DNA of 64,000 nt from Eledone cirrhosa. Its lineage: Eukaryota. Made by a program: the position numbers and the translations under genes. This document shows positions 58,396 through 64,000 of this stretch, piece after piece. Below the pieces are notes generated by a model that saw nothing but the letters and a program-made list of their open reading frames with translations, made no database searches and was not told where the DNA came from. The first letter of the stretch is position 1. Every line of letters starts with the position of its first letter. The stretch spans positions 63,612,001 to 63,676,000 of the forward strand of contig OZ024741.1 of NCBI GenBank assembly GCA_964016885.1, written 5' to 3'.

Positions 58396-58937
58396 CTTGA
58401 AAAGGTAACACACCAGAGAGAGATATATAGTGCGTTATCAATAATACAGGAAAAAAACCACCAATCTATAACCTATGAAAGGCAGACTATAGACACTTCG
58501 CTCCTAATAACAGTCTTTCCTCTCTGTTTGGTTGAGCACACTTCTCTGAGTGGCTTTGGGCTGCCCTTTCTAGCAGTTCGTCCCTCAGAGGCCACTGGTT
58601 CACTGCCCTTGAAAACGCTGTGACTTCTCTCTCCCACGTGTAGCTGGACAGTCAATTTTAAAATTCTCTTAGTGTTGTCTGAAATGTATGGCCTTACACA
58701 CGCTGATGAACCGAGGCTAACCCATTTCTTTCAACAAATTTTTGGTGAAACATATCTTTGGATTTGTACGTGTGTTATATAGTTATAGAGGTATTTATTT
58801 ACGCTTTAATTTATATTTTTAATTATCGTGTCTATAGTCTGCCTTTCATAGGTTATAGATTCCATACACTGGTGGTTTTTTCCTGTATTATTGATAACGC
58901 ACTATATATCTATCTCTGGTGTGTTACCTTTTCAACA
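58396..58937 (+). mobile_element. pLTR-like island with inverted ends
   Basis: 58398-58497 is the reverse complement of 58828-58935. A hammerhead lies inside and (TA)n flanks both sides. Confidence 0.7.
58696..58775 (+). ncRNA. Type-I hammerhead ribozyme
   Basis: acacacg-CTGATGA-accgagg...ttttggt-GAAA-ca tatc tttg gatt t-GTA-cgtgtgt. 7-bp stem I, extended stem III, GUA triplet. Confidence 0.85.
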
Positions 58938-58940
58938 TAT

Positions 58941-59052
<112 letters not shown>

Positions 59053-59059
59053 CATATAT

Positions 59060-59114
<55 letters not shown>

Positions 59115-59115
59115 T

Positions 59116-59732
<617 letters not shown>

Positions 59733-59740
59733 CATATATT

Positions 59741-59787
<47 letters not shown>

Positions 59788-59934
59788 GTATATATATACA
59801 CACAGAGATATCCACGGTAAGTTGTGGGGTCTAGTCTGCATGAAGAACTCAATGTAATCTATATGTTGAAAATGTTGTAGGTTAAAATAAATCCTAGAAA
59901 ACAATAAAACATTAAAAGGAAAACAGAGTCATGA

Positions 59935-60221
59935 TATAAGTTAAAACATTGAAATAAAAATTCAAGTCATTAGAAATATACTTCACCACTTTACGGTCGT
60001 TTCTAGGTGATGATAATACATCGTAACCATACTTCGTTATCGATCTATGTAAGGTTAGTTACAAAATATCAGATGAGGAAAATATTTACTTACATGTATA
60101 TCACCAGCCGTAAAATTCTCATTGCTTTTGACAACGGCTGGTGATATACATGTAAGTAAATATTTTCCTAAAGCAGTGAAGTATATTTCTAATGGCTTGA
60201 ATTTTTATTTCAATGTTTTAA

Positions 60222-60228
<7 letters not shown>
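59935..60228. repeat. Nested inverted-repeat island
   Basis: 59935-59986 pairs with 60177-60228, and 60076-60111 pairs with 60134-60169. The minus strand has only a hammerhead 3' half (GAAACgaccGTA). Confidence 0.75.
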
Positions 60229-60267
<39 letters not shown>

Positions 60268-60354
60268 CAAAAGGTAAACAGAAACAACAAAGCAAACGAC
60301 ACAATGCAATGAAGAAATATATTAATTTTGTGCTTGGTATAGTAGAAGAAGTGT

Positions 60355-60388
60355 CTTAACGTTTCGGACGCTATCCCTTTATCAGAAA
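60355..60388 (-). ncRNA. Degenerate minimal hammerhead
   Basis: tt-CTGATAA-ag-gga tagcg tcc-GAAACGTT-aa. C3-A8 mismatch. Confidence 0.4.
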
Positions 60389-60532
60389 ATAGAATGTGAA
60401 ATTAAAGAAGAAATAGAAAAATAGAGGTGCGTGAACAGTGGCAGAAACGAAAGAAAGTTCTTTGAGGAAAAACAGGTGTATTCAGGTCGTCGTCTCTTGG
60501 AAAACTGTGGAATATTTGTAGTTCTGTAATAT

Positions 60533-60722
60533 AATTGTTTCTACTATTGGCACAAGGCCAGCAATTACCCTGTATATTACTGGTACTTTATTTTATTGAC
60601 CCCGTAAGGATGAAAGGCAAAGTTAACCTCGGCAGGATTTGACTTCAGCATGGCAAGGGCCGTAACTCTATGCGTCAAAGTATGGCGTCCGACCCTCTAC
60701 CGATACTGCCAATTCACCGCTT
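60533..60722 (-). mobile_element. Full-length tRNA-derived SINE (MetaSINE-like core)
   Basis: Near-identical to 31457-31645. Flanked by tgtaatataat on both sides (60525-60535 and 60722-60732), a likely TSD. Confidence 0.82.
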
Positions 60723-62102
60723 GTAATATAATGATTGAACGCCATCAGTAATAATTTGCATTCAAATTCATATCATTGAACATAATAGAATATCTATCCC
60801 TTCGCTACAACGCGTTAGTTTTCGTTAGAAATTTATCTTAATTTTTATGCATGCAAAGAATTCTATCCATTGTTTGATGACGCTTTCTAGGTTAGCAAGA
60901 GCGGCAATGTGTTTTATGCCGTTTCTACGGATTATTTCAGCAGAATTTAATAGTGTAAAATTATTGGAATTTGTATGCTAAGTGTTCTTAAAAAACGATT
61001 CCCTACATTAATAGAAACTGTAATGATTTAGATACGGTCAAAGCATTAGATATGAGGATCACAGTGACACTAACCCATGAGTACTTAATGTTTAAGTTGA
61101 AACTTAGCTACTACTGAATTTTACCTTTATCGAAAATCTAATGAAAACCTGAAATATATCAAGAAACGTTTTAAATATCCTCTCAAAATTTTATGAAATC
61201 TAACAGCCATTATTGGTAAACATAGATCTTCCCTTTCTTTGTATGAGACGACATTAAACCGTATTTCCTGCCATTAAAATGAGACACTGTGTAATTTTAG
61301 TTTCACAGATAAAATCCTCAACAAGAATTATGCATACATCTTCGAGTATAAAATGGATTCAAAATATATTATATAGTTTTATCCTTTCTTCGGCTTAAAT
61401 ACCCATTTCCAGATCGTTAAGTATGTTATAGACGTAATCTCTATTTCTAAACAAATCACATAAACAACATTATTTTTGGAAATTGAAAAAAAAAATATTA
61501 TAAAAGATGAAAAAAACGACTCAATCATCGCTACTCCAATGATATATAGATTATAGATTATGTTTTGATATAAGAAGCAGCGTTGAACCTAACTAGTTTC
61601 TGTTGTCAGAACTCTGCAAACTTTATCGTCAATGGTAATACCGAGAATTAATCATTCACAAATAGAACAATTGACAGCATTCCTATAGATTGCCTTCTTA
61701 ACGGACACCCTTCTGAAAGACTTAGTCTAATGTACTGAATTTTTGTCGTGATAACTACACATTTAAATCTTAAATTTGGCTCATTGTTAAAACGAGTTGC
61801 TTCGAACATTTCCATCCTTTTAAAAACACGAAGGAATATATGGCAAGGTCATTAAGGGACACAAGAATCTGTGTTTAGATTTTACTGTTGAATTCTGAGT
61901 TTTACATGACTATGTAGACACGGTAGGTTTCCTTCAAAAATGTTGTGTCCGTAAAGCTTAAATGACAAATTGGCAAGTTTCCTTGAAGTAGTGAAGAAAA
62001 GTTTCAAATTGGCAATTTTATCAAAAATTTTGCAAGGTTCCTTCTTTAAAAGTTTATATTACTAAACGCTAATTTTACTAATACGTAACATGTAATATAA
62101 AT

Positions 62103-62212
62103 AATTGTTTCTACTTTTGGCACAAGGCCAGCAATTAACCAGTGCATTACTGGTACTTTATTTTATCGACCCCGTAAGGATGAAAGGCAAAGTTAGCCTC
62201 GGCGGGATTTGA
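62103..62212 (-). mobile_element. 5'-truncated copy of the same SINE
   Basis: Same core. aacatgtaatataaataat occurs on both sides (62087 and 62224), a possible TSD. Confidence 0.78.
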
Positions 62213-62825
62213 ATATGTAATTCAACATGTAATATAAATAATGTTATCTCTTAATATTGGAAAAGCAAACATTACAAATTCCGTTAATTCTTTTACAAAT
62301 TACCACGTCTGCCATATCTCTTTATTTTAAGTACACATATAATTTGGCATTATACCATTTTCTATTTATTTGTACCAGTTATTTTTCACCGACATTTTGT
62401 AACCTATTTGCCACGCTAGTGCAAATGGATATTTTCTCTTTCTAACAATATATAGTAGGTGTTATATCAACTAATACTAAATAGAAATAGTGATTAGTGT
62501 ATATGTTCTGGTGTTGGTATATACCTAATATCATTTTATGTCGAAAATCGTAGCATTCATAGTCCTAGAGTTATTGTGCAGATACTAATTGTTTCGAGAT
62601 TTCATCACTATTCAGTGTTTAATTATCAAATTTATTATATTTTGCGGTTTCTTTAATTATCTTCATGATTATATGTTTCATTGGTCAAAGTTACAAGGGA
62701 AACTCTGTGCAACTTGGACTGAGTAAATCCATAATGTATTTTTGTTCAGTACTCAGGTTTATTGATTTTCTCATTGATACATACATGCATACACTTACAC
62801 GCACACACACACACACACACGCACG

Positions 62826-62915
<90 letters not shown>

Positions 62916-62916
62916 A

Positions 62917-63076
<160 letters not shown>

Positions 63077-63101
63077 GTATATATATATATATATATGTAT
63101 A

Positions 63102-63870
<769 letters not shown>

Positions 63871-64000
63871 CCACAATAGCGTTAAACATTTTATAGGGGC
63901 TACCTCCGGCCCGTTCAAAATCAGGTTTCGAACACATCTCCACTCTTTCACAAATAAAAAACTAAGACACTCCACTTCGCTCGCGGATTACATCACATCA

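Overview
This is AT-rich, microsatellite-saturated animal genomic DNA; the SINE families resemble those I recall from octopod cephalopods. I could not support any intact host protein-coding gene. Recognisable content: three decayed Penelope-like retroelements (PLEs) encoding RT and/or GIY-YIG (2660-6175, 50889-53163, 63225-63870, all minus); a Helitron with both termini but no Rep domain (53717-57116); two 5'-truncated Tx1/L1-like LINE ends in (GATA)n; tRNA-derived SINEs; a ~15.6 kb G/T-rich satellite; kilobase (TA)n arrays; and a 200-N gap. The main hidden signal is RNA-level. Many of the short unique 'islands' between (TA)n tracts are PLE 3' terminal repeats (pLTRs), often arranged as fold-back inverted duplications, and they carry type-I hammerhead ribozyme motifs. 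By eye I find about 10 apparently intact and about 9 degenerate hammerheads from several unrelated families. They include U3-A8 core covariants and variants with a very long stem II. All folds were deduced manually and need computational and biochemical confirmation. The YIYI, poly-V and poly-T ORFs in the ORF track are repeat artefacts.
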